Source of the DNA: Thermovirgaceae bacterium
Lineage (GTDB): Bacteria; Synergistota; Synergistia; Synergistales; Thermovirgaceae
DNA: 64,000 nt
Reading direction: 5' to 3'
Assembly (NCBI GenBank): GCA_040767805.1
Contig: JAXGNU010000003.1
Span: 1 to 64,000, forward strand
The notes beneath the pieces are model-generated. The model did not search any database. It saw only the letters and a list, made by a program, of their open reading frames with translations, and was not told the DNA's origin. Of this stretch, positions 34,538 through 44,040 are shown piece by piece. Positions within the stretch are counted from its first letter, which is position 1. Each line of letters starts with the position of its first letter. Made by a program: the position numbers and the translations under genes.

Positions 34538-35014
34538 CTAGAGGGTGTACTTCCCGTACTGTTCACGAACTCCCTTGACGGCGTTGGCGAGGCTCTCGGT
34601 CTCGAGCACCATCTCCATCATGCCGATCTGGTCGGCCCATACCGACGGGTCGGCCTCGTCCCGGATCTCCTGTTCGAAAACGTGGTATACCGCGAGTCCC
34701 AACGGGACTCCTGCCAGGGGACCTGCGAAGGTGGGATCGCCGTTGGTCACCGTTTCCGCGTAGATTTCGGCTCCCTCGGCATCGGAGGAACCCAGGATCA
34801 CTACCAGGTTCTCCGCCCCGTACTTCTCAGCCGCGTCCTTGACGCGCTGCTGGTTCTGCAGGTCCATGGCTCCCGCGGCGGTTCAGACGAAGCACTCCGT
34901 CACGGAGAAGACGATATCCCCCCCGCAATTCTTCAGGCTTTCCTCCATGGCGGGGGCGGCCACTCCATCCCTCTCGCCCAGAAGGAGCACCTTCTTGCCA
35001 GCGAGTTTGCCCAA
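34538..35014 (-). CDS. grdA: Glycine reductase selenoprotein A (Sec44, UGA at 34883-34885)
   Basis: TTG start after [39 protein letters not shown]; 158 aa. Confidence 0.96.
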
Positions 35015-35057
35015 ATCAGGCACCTCCTTTAAAGTCAAAGATTTTTAGTGCTGATAC

Positions 35058-36344
35058 CTAGATAGTGTAGGCGCCGATCCGGCTGAAGCCGAGTTCGCTG
35101 GTCGCCCCGGTTATCGCCTGGATCTCCACCTCGATGGAACCGTCCTCCCTCAGGGAACCCTGGAAACCCCCGGCGATCACATTGGCCGTGTCGGGGAGCC
35201 CAATGATCCTCTCCATCCTTGGCAGCACGATGATCTCGTTGGCGTTGGCCGCCGTAACGACGGCATCGGCTTCGGGACAGGCGTCGGCCAGGGACTGGCT
35301 GGCCCCGTCCCTGCCCGCGTATTCGTCGGTTACCAGGACGGTCTTGATCCCGCCCTGTTCAGCATTGCGGCAGTTCATGATCAGGTCCGTATCGGGGTTG
35401 CCGAAACCTTCCTCGCTGATGATCACGCCTTCGACACCAAGCATCTTGGCCAGTTTCACGGCATAGGAGGAACTGCGCTTCTTGTCGGCGAGGGTGGTAT
35501 TCTCGTTGGTGATGACGCAGCCGACGAAGTTGAAATCCTTGCCGTGCCTTTTGTACATGTGCTGGATTATTGGGTTGTTCTGGTGAGAATAGGTATTGTT
35601 CTTGTCACAGGCGGAAACACAGTTACCGGAGACGATCGCCCCGTCCATGACCTCGTTGGGGTGAATTAGGGTAGGGATGATCCTCTTGGCATCGACACCG
35701 TAGACATAGGTATCGTGTAGAAGCCCCTGGGACTGCAGCATGTACAGGTAGGCCACCTTCGGGAGCCCCGGGAAGGACGTCATGGCCTTGGCGAGGTCCG
35801 GCAGGCAATAGCTTTCGACCTCTCCCCCGGTCGCGCCCTTGGCGGCAGCCGCTAGGTAGTGTGCCGTCTTCAGGCCGGCGAGCCGGCAAGCGGACTCGTA
35901 TTCGTGCTTTTCCAGGCCTTCGACGGGTTCGACGACCAGCACCACGTTGAGGGTCTTGGAAAAGGGCGTGTATTCCGCTCCCGGACCCGACATGTCGATG
36001 ATGCCTTCCTGGAAACCCACGATCTTCCCGCAGGTTACCACGGCGGCGCCGCTTAGGACGAGGGTGATGCCTTCACCCACCGTCTCAACGTCACCGATAA
36101 AGCCCGGGAACACCTCTCCAGGCCCTTCAAGTTTGCACCTCGGCTCCACCACGTCCTTGACCGGCAGGATTCTAGTGCTCTCCCCCGGCAAGGCAAGCTC
36201 AACCTTGGCGCTGGAGAACCTCTGGTCCTTCATCACCATGTCGACGATCTCACGTCGGTTCACCCTTAAAACCCCGTCTTTGAAGGAAGTCTTGTCTCCG
36301 TCCAGAAGGGACTTTACGGCTACTCTCTTGAGTTTAAGTTCCAA
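35058..36344 (-). CDS. grdE: Glycine reductase component B alpha/beta proprotein
   Basis: PVKDVVEPR, GIIDMSGPGA, GNCVSACDKN, EEGFGNPDTD; operon position. Confidence 0.93.
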   Translation of the reverse strand: MELKLKRVAVKSLLDGDKTSFKDGVLRVNRREIVDMVMKDQRFSSAKVELALPGESTRILPVKDVVEPRCKLEGPGEVFPGFIGDVETVGEGITLVLSGAAVVTCGKIVGFQEGIIDMSGPGAEYTPFSKTLNVVLVVEPVEGLEKHEYESACRLAGLKTAHYLAAAAKGATGGEVESYCLPDLAKAMTSFPGLPKVAYLYMLQSQGLLHDTYVYGVDAKRIIPTLIHPNEVMDGAIVSGNCVSACDKNNTYSHQNNPIIQHMYKRHGKDFNFVGCVITNENTTLADKKRSSSYAVKLAKMLGVEGVIISEEGFGNPDTDLIMNCRNAEQGGIKTVLVTDEYAGRDGASQSLADACPEADAVVTAANANEIIVLPRMERIIGLPDTANVIAGGFQGSLREDGSIEVEIQAITGATSELGFSRIGAYTI

Positions 36345-36375
36345 TTAAGTTTCCCCCCTTTCGAATAACCCATCG

Positions 36376-36699
36376 CTATTCGGCCCACTCCTTTACCCTC
36401 TCCTCGATCTTTTCAGCCACTGCCTCGGCTCCACTCAGCCTGGGGCCGTCCTCCTTCCCTCCCTTGTAGAACAGGAAGGTCGGCACCCCCATGACTCTGA
36501 GGGATATGACGAGCTTGCGGTTCTCGGCGACGTTGAGCTTGCAGAACTTGACCTTGCCCTCGTATTTGCGGGAGATCTCCTCCACCTTCGGCATCAGCGC
36601 CAGGCAAGGGCCGCACTGCGGACCCCAAAGGTCAACCAGCACAGGAAGGTCGCTCTTCAGGACCTCTTCTTCGAAGTTTTCCTTGTTCAATTCGATCAT
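36376..36699 (-). CDS. trxA: Thioredoxin of the glycine reductase operon
   Basis: WGPQCGPC active site, VMGVPT; 107 aa. Confidence 0.92.
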   Translation of the reverse strand: MIELNKENFEEEVLKSDLPVLVDLWGPQCGPCLALMPKVEEISRKYEGKVKFCKLNVAENRKLVISLRVMGVPTFLFYKGGKEDGPRLSGAEAVAEKIEERVKEWAE

Positions 36700-37160
36700 C
36701 TTTTCACCTCCCTTCGGTTTTCTCCGCCCTTCGGGGTTTGACGGGTGCTCCCGGGTCCATCACAGGCGCCGCCTTTAAGCAAACCGTATCTCTCCATGCT
36801 GTCCTGCAGCAGGTATACATCAAGGGCGGCAAAGTCCTCCAGGTGGCGGTTTTCCACGGCGGGCTTCACGGGGTGAACACCCTCCGCCCTGTAAAGATCG
36901 ATGGCTCTCTCGAGAATGGAAAGCGATCCAAGGTCGATGCCCCTTTTTTCGTCGGGCAGTCCGACGAGGACGCTCCTGAAGTGTTGCTGGGAGGGCTGGA
37001 TGTTCCCATAAAGGGGATGGGTCAAAAGCAGCCACCCGGCATGGACGCGATCTCTCGCAAGGGTCAGCACGTTAAGGGGGCCACCCTCAACGAAGGTGGC
37101 TTTCAGTGAGAGGTCTCAAAGCCGGGCGTTATTCGTGAGGCAGTCGATCTCCTGGAACAC
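36696..37160 (-). CDS. grdX: GrdX family protein with in-frame UGA at codon 15 (candidate selenocysteine)
   Basis: GTG at 37160 after AGGGGG; reads MFQEIDCLTNNARL-TGA-DLSLKATFVEGGPLNVLTLARDRVHAGWLLLTHPLYGN; TNN and LLTHPL motifs of GrdX; first gene of the grd operon. Confidence 0.8.
37080..37100 (-). promoter_or_regulatory. SECIS-like hairpin inside grdX
   Basis: GCCACCUUC-GUU-GAGGGUGGC 9-bp stem (one G-U pair) starting 15 nt after the UGA; loop begins with GU. Confidence 0.65.
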
Positions 37161-37162
37161 TG

Positions 37163-37191
37163 AAAAACCCCCTATTCATTGAATAGGTGGG
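37163..37191 (-). terminator. Riboswitch expression-platform hairpin (terminator or SD sequestrator)
   Basis: CCTATTC-AAT-GAATAGG stem plus TTTTT; the 3' arm overlaps the grdX SD. Confidence 0.55.
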
Positions 37192-37374
37192 TCCTCTGTC
37201 CAGAAATTCTCCTACGGGAGGACACTGACGCCGAAAGGGCCTCCCGCGCCTGTCCAGAGACTTGTCCGGCCGCAATCCTTTGGCCTGAGAGTTTCGCGAT
37301 CCTGTCGATCGCTTGCCCCTTCGGCTCCCCCGCTCGAGGGAAAAGCACGGGGGTATCTCTTGCGGCCTTCATCC
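37191..37374 (-). promoter_or_regulatory. Glycine riboswitch (one complete aptamer plus a degenerate second domain)
   Basis: GGATGAA-GGCCGCAAGAGA...GCCGAAGGGGCAA...AAACTCTCAGG..AAAGGATTGCGGCC then CTCTGGA...GGACAGAG; upstream of the grd operon. Confidence 0.85.
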
Positions 37375-37389
37375 AAAAATTCCTTGTTG

Positions 37390-37418
37390 ATTTTCTCATG
37401 ATGAAAGGGAAAGGTCAA
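37390..37418 (-). promoter_or_regulatory. Putative promoter of the grd operon
   Basis: TTGACC-17 nt-GAAAAT just upstream of the riboswitch. Confidence 0.45.
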
Positions 37419-37428
37419 CGAGGCGGTG

Positions 37429-37456
37429 AAAAAAGCGGGGGCTTCAAGCCCCCGCC
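37429..37456 (-). terminator. Intrinsic terminator after the NSS transporter
   Basis: GCGGGGGCT-TGA-AGCCCCCGC plus TTTTTT on the minus strand. Confidence 0.8.
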
Positions 37457-37483
37457 GGGTCAAAGACGAAATAGAGGCGGTTC

Positions 37484-38812
37484 TTACCACTTGAGCCCCG
37501 TGATGAAGATATAGGCTATGGCGATCGGGGCCACGACGCGGCATGCCCATAGCCAGACCGTGTAAAGGCCGAAGGGTACCGTGCCGTCGTTCGTGACTTC
37601 CTGCTTCGCGCCCTCGGTCCAGAACCAGCCCACGAAGAGGGCTATGAACAGGCCCCCGAGGGGGAGAAGGATGTTGGAAGCCAGGAAGTCGGCGGAATCA
37701 AGGAAATCCCTTCCCGCAAGGGTGGGGAGCTTCCCGGCGACGCCCAACACGGAAGGGATCCCCAGCAGGAAGATGCAAAAACCCATGAGCCAGGAGGCCT
37801 TGGTCCTGCTCCACTTCATCTCGTCGATGAAATAGGCGGAAACGACTTCCAGCAAGGAGATGGCCGATGTGAGGGCGGCGACAAAGAGCAGAACGAAGAA
37901 CAGTGCCGACCAGATCATCCCCCCGGGCATCTTCCCGAAGACGTTGGGAAGGGTTATGAAGGTGAGCCCCGCACCGGCGCCGGGTTCGATACCGAAAGCG
38001 AAGACGGCGGGAAAGATGACGAGGCCCGCCAGGAAGGCGACGGCGGTGTCAATGAAGCAGACCTGGAAGGCCGCACCGGGAAGGGTCTCCTTCTTACCCA
38101 CGTAACTGCCGTAGGTGATCATGCACCCCATGCCCAGGGAGAGTGAAAAGAAGGCCTGGCCGAGGGCCGCCCCGAAGGCGCCGCCGGTCAACTTGCTGAA
38201 GTCTGGTTTAAGGTAGTAGGCGATGCCGGCGCCGGCGCCGGGAAGCGTCACGGCTCGGACGATCAGGATGAGCAGTACGACGAAGAGGGAGGGCATGAGG
38301 ATCCTGCAGTACTTCTCGATCCCTTCGCCGATTCCTTTATAGATAATGTAGATGGTGACGAACATGAAAAAGGCCTGCCAGGCTATCACGAGGGGTACGT
38401 TGGTCACGAAGGAACCGAAGGCCTCCCCGGCGTCGGCCTGCATAAGCCCGGTGAAGGATTTGAGCACGTAGGCCATGGTCCAGCCGCCGATGACCCCGTA
38501 GTAGGAGAGAATGATGAAGCCGGCGATTACCCCCATCCAGCCCACGATGGGCCACGCCCCGCCCTTGGTCTTTCGAAAGGCCCCGACGGCGTTAAGCTGA
38601 GAGTTGCGGCCGATGGCCATTTCGGCGAGCATGACGGAGAACCCGATAACGAAGACAAGGATCACATAGATCAGGACAAAGGCCGCCCCTCCATGCAGAC
38701 CGGTGATGTAAGGGAAACGCCAGATGTTCCCCAGGCCCACCGCGGAGCCAGCGCAGGCAAGGATGTAACCCCACCTGGTACCCCACTGTTCGCGTTGCGT
38801 CTCGTTGCTCAT
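37484..38812 (-). CDS. Sodium-dependent amino acid transporter (NSS/SNF family)
   Basis: REQW, AGSAVGLGNIWRFPY, QAFFSLSLG. Confidence 0.92.
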   Translation of the reverse strand: MSNETQREQWGTRWGYILACAGSAVGLGNIWRFPYITGLHGGAAFVLIYVILVFVIGFSVMLAEMAIGRNSQLNAVGAFRKTKGGAWPIVGWMGVIAGFIILSYYGVIGGWTMAYVLKSFTGLMQADAGEAFGSFVTNVPLVIAWQAFFMFVTIYIIYKGIGEGIEKYCRILMPSLFVVLLILIVRAVTLPGAGAGIAYYLKPDFSKLTGGAFGAALGQAFFSLSLGMGCMITYGSYVGKKETLPGAAFQVCFIDTAVAFLAGLVIFPAVFAFGIEPGAGAGLTFITLPNVFGKMPGGMIWSALFFVLLFVAALTSAISLLEVVSAYFIDEMKWSRTKASWLMGFCIFLLGIPSVLGVAGKLPTLAGRDFLDSADFLASNILLPLGGLFIALFVGWFWTEGAKQEVTNDGTVPFGLYTVWLWACRVVAPIAIAYIFITGLKW

Positions 38813-38944
38813 GCTGATATCCCTCCTTTTGAAACTAGGCTTGGACTGCCTCAAAACTGAACTCAAGGCTCGCTCAACTGGATACTCCCTTTGCTTCCCT
38901 TCCGCGCGAACACCTCCTTCGCTTTACCTCATAAACCTGATGGA

Positions 38945-38973
38945 ATTATAAAGCCCACCCTTTCTTTTGGCAA
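38945..38973 (-). promoter_or_regulatory. Sigma70 promoter of the NSS transporter
   Basis: TTGCCA-17 nt-TATAAT. Confidence 0.65.
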
Positions 38974-39085
38974 TCGCAACAGCACCTCGGCCCGGGAAGG
39001 TTTTAAAGTCCCTCAGGGTCATGATTGCAGCGCATTATATAACAAAGGGTGAGCCAGTCAATGGGGAAGGCTCATTATGTCCTGG

Positions 39086-39880
39086 TTAACTCCATCGACG
39101 GTAAATCTCGGGCCTCCTTGAAGAGACCACCTTGTGCTCGCTCCGGGCGGCCTCCACCCTGGAGAGGTCAAGGACCACCCTCTCGAAGCGAGGCGTGTCG
39201 TCCAGGTGCAGGATCAGGTCACCAAAGGGGTCGACCACGAGGCTCTGCCCTCCGAAGGAGGAGTTTTTACCCCTGTCGCACCGGTTGACGCCGACGACGA
39301 AGACCTGGTTCTCGATGGCCCTGGAAATGAGAAGGGCCCTCCAGAGGCGGGCGTACTCGGCCTTCCACGCTGCCGGGACGAAGAGGATCTTGGCTCCGCC
39401 CGAAGACAGGCAGGTCGCCAGTTCCGGGAACTCCGCGTCAAAACATATCATGACGCCGCAGGGAAGCCCTCCCATATCAAAAGAACCGGGAGACACGCCG
39501 GGGGAGAGGATATTGGGTTCGTCCAGGCCGGGATAGAGATGGACCTTGTCGTAGCGGAAGGCGATCTCTCCTTCGGGAGAGAAGACAAGGCATCGATTCC
39601 TCGGCCCGGCAGCCGTCGACAGGGCCATGCTGCCCCCGATTATCCAGGTCTCGTTCCTGCAGGCCGCCTCGGCCATGGACCCCACGAGGGGGTTGTTCTC
39701 ATCGATGAGGACATGGGGCCCCAGGAGAGGGAAGGCGACGTTCCACAGTTCGGGCAAAACCAGCACGTCACAGCCGCTCCTCGCCCCGTCGCGGACCTGT
39801 CCGAGCACGTACCTTGCGTTCCTGGCCGCGTCCTCACGGATCACCTCAAGTTGAAGAAGGCCCACCCTCAATCGTTCCAT
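39086..39880 (-). CDS. Carbon-nitrogen hydrolase (nitrilase superfamily amidase)
   Basis: VLPELW, YDKVHL, ICFDAEFPE catalytic E-K-C triad, RAIENQ. Confidence 0.9.
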   Translation of the reverse strand: MERLRVGLLQLEVIREDAARNARYVLGQVRDGARSGCDVLVLPELWNVAFPLLGPHVLIDENNPLVGSMAEAACRNETWIIGGSMALSTAAGPRNRCLVFSPEGEIAFRYDKVHLYPGLDEPNILSPGVSPGSFDMGGLPCGVMICFDAEFPELATCLSSGGAKILFVPAAWKAEYARLWRALLISRAIENQVFVVGVNRCDRGKNSSFGGQSLVVDPFGDLILHLDDTPRFERVVLDLSRVEAARSEHKVVSSRRPEIYRRWS

Positions 39881-40002
39881 GCTCGTCCCCTCAATGCTAG
39901 ACTACCCCCTGGGACACGAAGGGGCAAGTTCAATGATAAACTAGGGTGAAGGTCGGGCCGGTGCCCGTTGGCAACGGCCCGGGGGAAGGGAGTGGAGCGG
40001 CG

Positions 40003-40230
40003 GTGTGCCTGGCAATCCCGCACAGGGTGATCGCATTGAAAGGACCTAACAAGGCCTTGGCCTTGGCCGGCCCGGTGGAAGTCGAGATAAGGACCGACCT
40101 CGTCCCTCACGTCAAAGAGGGGGATATGGTGCTCGTCCACGCGGGCTTTGCCATCGAAAGGCTCCTCGAGGAGGAAACAGGGGAACTGGAAAAACTATGG
40201 GAGGAGATCCGTGAGCTTGCAGGCCCATAG
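40003..40230 (+). CDS. hypC: Hydrogenase maturation chaperone HypC
   Basis: GTG start gives MCLAIP; VLVHAGFAI. Confidence 0.93.
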   Translation: MCLAIPHRVIALKGPNKALALAGPVEVEIRTDLVPHVKEGDMVLVHAGFAIERLLEEETGELEKLWEEIRELAGP

Positions 40231-41323
40231 GCCCGGTGACCCGAGAGAGCGTATAGAACTCCTTTCAAAAGCTTTGAGCGAGCTGGCCGACCACCCCATA
40301 AAGGTGATGGAGGTCTGCGGTACACACACCGTCTCCATTTTTCGCCAGGGGTTGAGAGTCTTGCTTCCGGCAAATATCACCCTCGTCTCGGGACCGGGGT
40401 GCCCGGTCTGCGTTACGTCCCAGGGTGAGATCGATGCCGCCCTTTCCCTGGCCGGCCGCGAGAATACCACCATTGCGACCTACGGGGACATGCTCAAGGT
40501 CCCGGGAACCGAGACGACCCTGGCGGAAGAGAGATCCCGGGGAGCCGACGTGAGGGTGGTCACCTCGGCCGACCAGGCCCTTTCGCTGGCCATGAATGAC
40601 AGGGCCCGTTCCGTGGTTTTCCTGGCGGTCGGTTTCGAAACGACAGCCCCGGCCACGGCCTCGGTCGTCCTGGACGCCTGGCGGGAAGGCCTCGACAATT
40701 TCATGGTCCTCGACCTGCACAAATCGGTACCGCCGGCCCTAGGAGCGCTCGCCTCCGACCCCGATGTGAACCTCGATGCTTTTCTCCTCCCCGGTCACGT
40801 GAGCGTCATCACGGGGCTCGCGACCTACCGCTTCCTGCCGGAACGATACGGCATCGCCTGTGCTGTGGCGGGCTTCGAGGCGGAGGGAATAATGACGGCC
40901 CTGGTGGAAGTGGCGAGGCAGATTCGAAAAAAAAGGCCGAGGGTGGCATCGCTTTACAGCCGGGCGGTGAGGCCCCAGGGCAATGTGGCCGCCAGGAACG
41001 TCATGGATAGAGTGTTCACCCTGGGCGACGCTCCCTGGAGGGGGCTCGGGGAGATTCCCTCCTCGGGCTTTTTCCTCAGGAAGGAATTCGCGTGCTTCGA
41101 CGCCGTGGAAAGGCTCGGGGTGGCGGTGAAAGAGACCCCGCCCCCAGCGGGGTGCCGCTGCGGGGAGGTCCTCAAGGGGTTGATCGACCCGCCGTCCTGT
41201 GATCTCTTTGAAAGATCGTGCACCCCCGCGCATCCCGTCGGACCCTGCATGGTCTCGACGGAAGGAAGTTGCGCGGCTTATTACCGTTTCCAAAAGAGGG
41301 GGTACTCGGCCTGGAGAGACTGA
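40211..41323 (+). CDS. hypD: Hydrogenase maturation protein HypD
   Basis: MEVCGTHT, GPGCPVC, GFETT, PGHVS, GPCMVSTEGSCAAYY. Confidence 0.96.
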   Translation: MSLQAHRPGDPRERIELLSKALSELADHPIKVMEVCGTHTVSIFRQGLRVLLPANITLVSGPGCPVCVTSQGEIDAALSLAGRENTTIATYGDMLKVPGTETTLAEERSRGADVRVVTSADQALSLAMNDRARSVVFLAVGFETTAPATASVVLDAWREGLDNFMVLDLHKSVPPALGALASDPDVNLDAFLLPGHVSVITGLATYRFLPERYGIACAVAGFEAEGIMTALVEVARQIRKKRPRVASLYSRAVRPQGNVAARNVMDRVFTLGDAPWRGLGEIPSSGFFLRKEFACFDAVERLGVAVKETPPPAGCRCGEVLKGLIDPPSCDLFERSCTPAHPVGPCMVSTEGSCAAYYRFQKRGYSAWRD

Positions 41324-42297
41324 GCATCGGTCATGGGGCGGGCGGGAGCCTCACCCAGGAACTCATCGACCTCGTAAAGGGCCGTTTCGATGGCAGCACC
41401 TTGGCCGACGGCGAGGACTGCGCGATCCTCCCGGGCGGGTTCGCTGTGACCATCGACGGCTTCACTGTGTCACCCCTCTCCTTCGAGGGGGGTGACATAG
41501 GGAAACTCTCCGTCTGTGGGAGCGTCAACGACCTGTCCGTAAGGGGCGCTAAGCCGCTCTACCTGGCCCTCGGGGTCATCGCCGAAGAGGGCCTCCCCGT
41601 AAGGGAGCTGTTAGGATACATGGAAAGCGCCGCCGCCATATGCCGGAGCCTCGGTGTCGAACTCGTGACGGGCGACAGCAAGGTGGTCCCCAGGGGCCAG
41701 GCCGACGGTCTCTTCCTTTCAACCTGCTGCCTCGGTAAGATCGTACGGGAAGGCCCGTTGGGAGCCATTAACTTGCGTCCCGACGATGCCGTCATTCTCA
41801 CTTGCCCGCCCGGGCTGCACGGCGCCACCATCGCGGCTCACCGCTACGATATCAAGGTCAGGGGCCTGTCCTCTGACTGCGCCGCTTTGTGGCCCATGTT
41901 GGAGGGCATTCTTCCCGTGAGCGGGCTCCGCTGCATGCGCGACTGCACCAGGGGCGGTCTCGCCACGGTGCTCTGCGAATGGTCGGAAAGGGCCGGGCTC
42001 GGGATCGAGATCGACGAGTCGCTGATACCCTGGGACGAGGCGGCCCTTTCGGTTTGCGACATCCTCGGGTTCGAGCCGTTGCACATGGCCGGGGAAGGCT
42101 GCGCCGCGGTGGCCGTGGAAGAAGGGGAAGCTCAAAAAACGGTGGCGCTGCTTAAAAAACACGACCTTGGGGAAAGGGCCTCGGTCATCGGCCGTGTGAC
42201 GAAGGAACACCCGGGCCTGGTGGGTATCAGGACCCTCTCGGGCGGCACCCGCCTGGTGGACAAGCCCGTCGGGGAACTGCTGCCTAGAATATGCTGA
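41311..42297 (+). CDS. hypE: Hydrogenase maturation protein HypE
   Basis: HGAGG, GGDIGKL, GDSKVV, MRDCTRGG, C-terminal LPRIC; start uncertain (CTG at 41311). Confidence 0.95.
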   Translation: MERLSIGHGAGGSLTQELIDLVKGRFDGSTLADGEDCAILPGGFAVTIDGFTVSPLSFEGGDIGKLSVCGSVNDLSVRGAKPLYLALGVIAEEGLPVRELLGYMESAAAICRSLGVELVTGDSKVVPRGQADGLFLSTCCLGKIVREGPLGAINLRPDDAVILTCPPGLHGATIAAHRYDIKVRGLSSDCAALWPMLEGILPVSGLRCMRDCTRGGLATVLCEWSERAGLGIEIDESLIPWDEAALSVCDILGFEPLHMAGEGCAAVAVEEGEAQKTVALLKKHDLGERASVIGRVTKEHPGLVGIRTLSGGTRLVDKPVGELLPRIC

Positions 42298-42387
42298 TTT
42301 GGCCGTTCTTAGACGCGAAACGTTGCACCTGGGGCCTGGCCGACTATCCTTGTCCCCGCCTATGTTCGCCTCCACGACCTTTCGATA

Positions 42388-43743
42388 CTACCCCAGCCCT
42401 AAGACTTGCCGTGCGATCTGGAAATAGATTAAAAGTCCCACCACGTCGACAACAGTGGTAATGAACGGCCCCGAGACTATGGCCGGGTCGAACCGTAGGG
42501 CCCTGGCCGCAAAAGGTAACAGCACCCCCACCAGGTTCCCTATCATGACGACGGCCACCAGGGAGATGGCCACCACTAAGGCGACATCCATCCCTGTGCC
42601 TAACGATACAGCCCTGAAAACACCGAAGAGCGCGAGGACGGCTCCCAGGATCAGGCCGGTAAAGGCTTCCCGCAGCAACACGCCGCCGATGTCGCGCCAC
42701 TTGATCTCGCCCAGGGTCATCCCCCTTATCATCAGTGTCGAGGACTGGGTCCCCGTGTTTCCCCCAGTGTCTATGAGGAAAGGGATAAAAAAGGTCAGGG
42801 CGACCACGCTGGAGATGATCGATTCATGGTGCTTCAGTATCGATGACGTGATAGCCTGGGTCATTATGCAGACCAGAAGCCATGTCAGCCTCTTCCTGGC
42901 CAGGGTGAACAGCCCTATCTCGAGGTACTTCTCCTCGAAAGGCTGTATACCTGCCATGCGCTCGAAGTCCTCGGTGGCCTCCTCTTCTACGATGTCGAGC
43001 ACGTCGTCGAAGGTCACTATCCCCACGAGGCGGTTCTCCAGGTCCACCACGGGGATAACGTGAAGGTCGTAGCGGGACATGACCTGCGCCACTTTTTCCT
43101 GGTCCGTCAGGGTCGTGACGAATACCGGGTCGTCGTCCATGAGGTCCGAGACGAGCGTCTCCGGTTGGGCCAGGATTATATCCTCCAGTTCCACGACCCC
43201 CCGAAGGCGGCGTTCACCATCCATGACGAAACAGGTGTAAATGGTCTCCTTGCTCCGGGCCACCTTCCGGATATGCTGCAGGGCTACGGCCGCCGTCATC
43301 GATGACTTGAGGCCGATATACTCCGCGGTCATGATCCTCCCCGCGGAGTCCTCGGGGTAGTTCAGCAGGTGGTTCGCGATCTTTCTCTCCTCGGGGGAAA
43401 GGTGCTGCATGAGCTTCTCTACCGTTTTCGCGGGCAGTTCGTCCAGCAGGGCGGTACGGTCGTCATCGGACATCTCCTCGATGATCTCCGCCGCTTCCTT
43501 CGCGGTGAAGCAATCGAGGAGTTCCTCCCTCTCCGCGCCTTCCATGTGTTCGAAAACATCGATAGCTAGATCCTTCGAAAGAAGACGGAAAATGAGTACC
43601 CTTTTTGCCTGGGGTGCTTCCACGAGAATCTCCCCTATGTCGGCCGGTTCCATGGTGGAAAGGGTTTCCTTGATCTCGATGAACCTGTGTTCCGACAAAA
43701 GGTCTTCTATCTGGCTGTAAAAACGGTCCAGTCTCTCTTTCAT
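42388..43743 (-). CDS. mgtE: Magnesium transporter MgtE
   Basis: YPEDSAGRIM, CBS pair, DTGGNTGTQ, DPAIVSGPFITT. Confidence 0.95.
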   Translation of the reverse strand: MKERLDRFYSQIEDLLSEHRFIEIKETLSTMEPADIGEILVEAPQAKRVLIFRLLSKDLAIDVFEHMEGAEREELLDCFTAKEAAEIIEEMSDDDRTALLDELPAKTVEKLMQHLSPEERKIANHLLNYPEDSAGRIMTAEYIGLKSSMTAAVALQHIRKVARSKETIYTCFVMDGERRLRGVVELEDIILAQPETLVSDLMDDDPVFVTTLTDQEKVAQVMSRYDLHVIPVVDLENRLVGIVTFDDVLDIVEEEATEDFERMAGIQPFEEKYLEIGLFTLARKRLTWLLVCIMTQAITSSILKHHESIISSVVALTFFIPFLIDTGGNTGTQSSTLMIRGMTLGEIKWRDIGGVLLREAFTGLILGAVLALFGVFRAVSLGTGMDVALVVAISLVAVVMIGNLVGVLLPFAARALRFDPAIVSGPFITTVVDVVGLLIYFQIARQVLGLG

Positions 43744-44040
43744 GGTCCAAGCACCCCCCGATCGACATGGCCATGCAAGGAACCCGCAGTCCCGTCTCAG
43801 CGCACGGAAGGCACGCGCTTCGGGCTTGGATTTGCACGTCCAGTTTTTCCTTGTCGAGGGTGAAATCCGGCGGCGGGAAGGTTTGAACTCTGCCGGGAGG
43901 GAAGAAACAAAACAGGGGCGGTACCTTATTCGTCCCCGGCCATCACCCTCTTTTTCATGGTCCCGTGACGTTGGAACCCGGTACTATGACACTCTTCCAT
44001 TTCCATCTCCCTCGTTACAGCTGGATGCTGCCCGTCTTTA

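Noticed and set aside
38813..38940. Extra AAGGAGG and ATG-AGG-TAA mini-ORF in the NSS transporter leader
   Set aside because: The SD has no properly spaced start codon and the mini-ORF has no SD; may be chance.
43744..44040. M-box (ykoK) riboswitch upstream of mgtE
   Set aside because: The conserved M-box core sequences were not seen.
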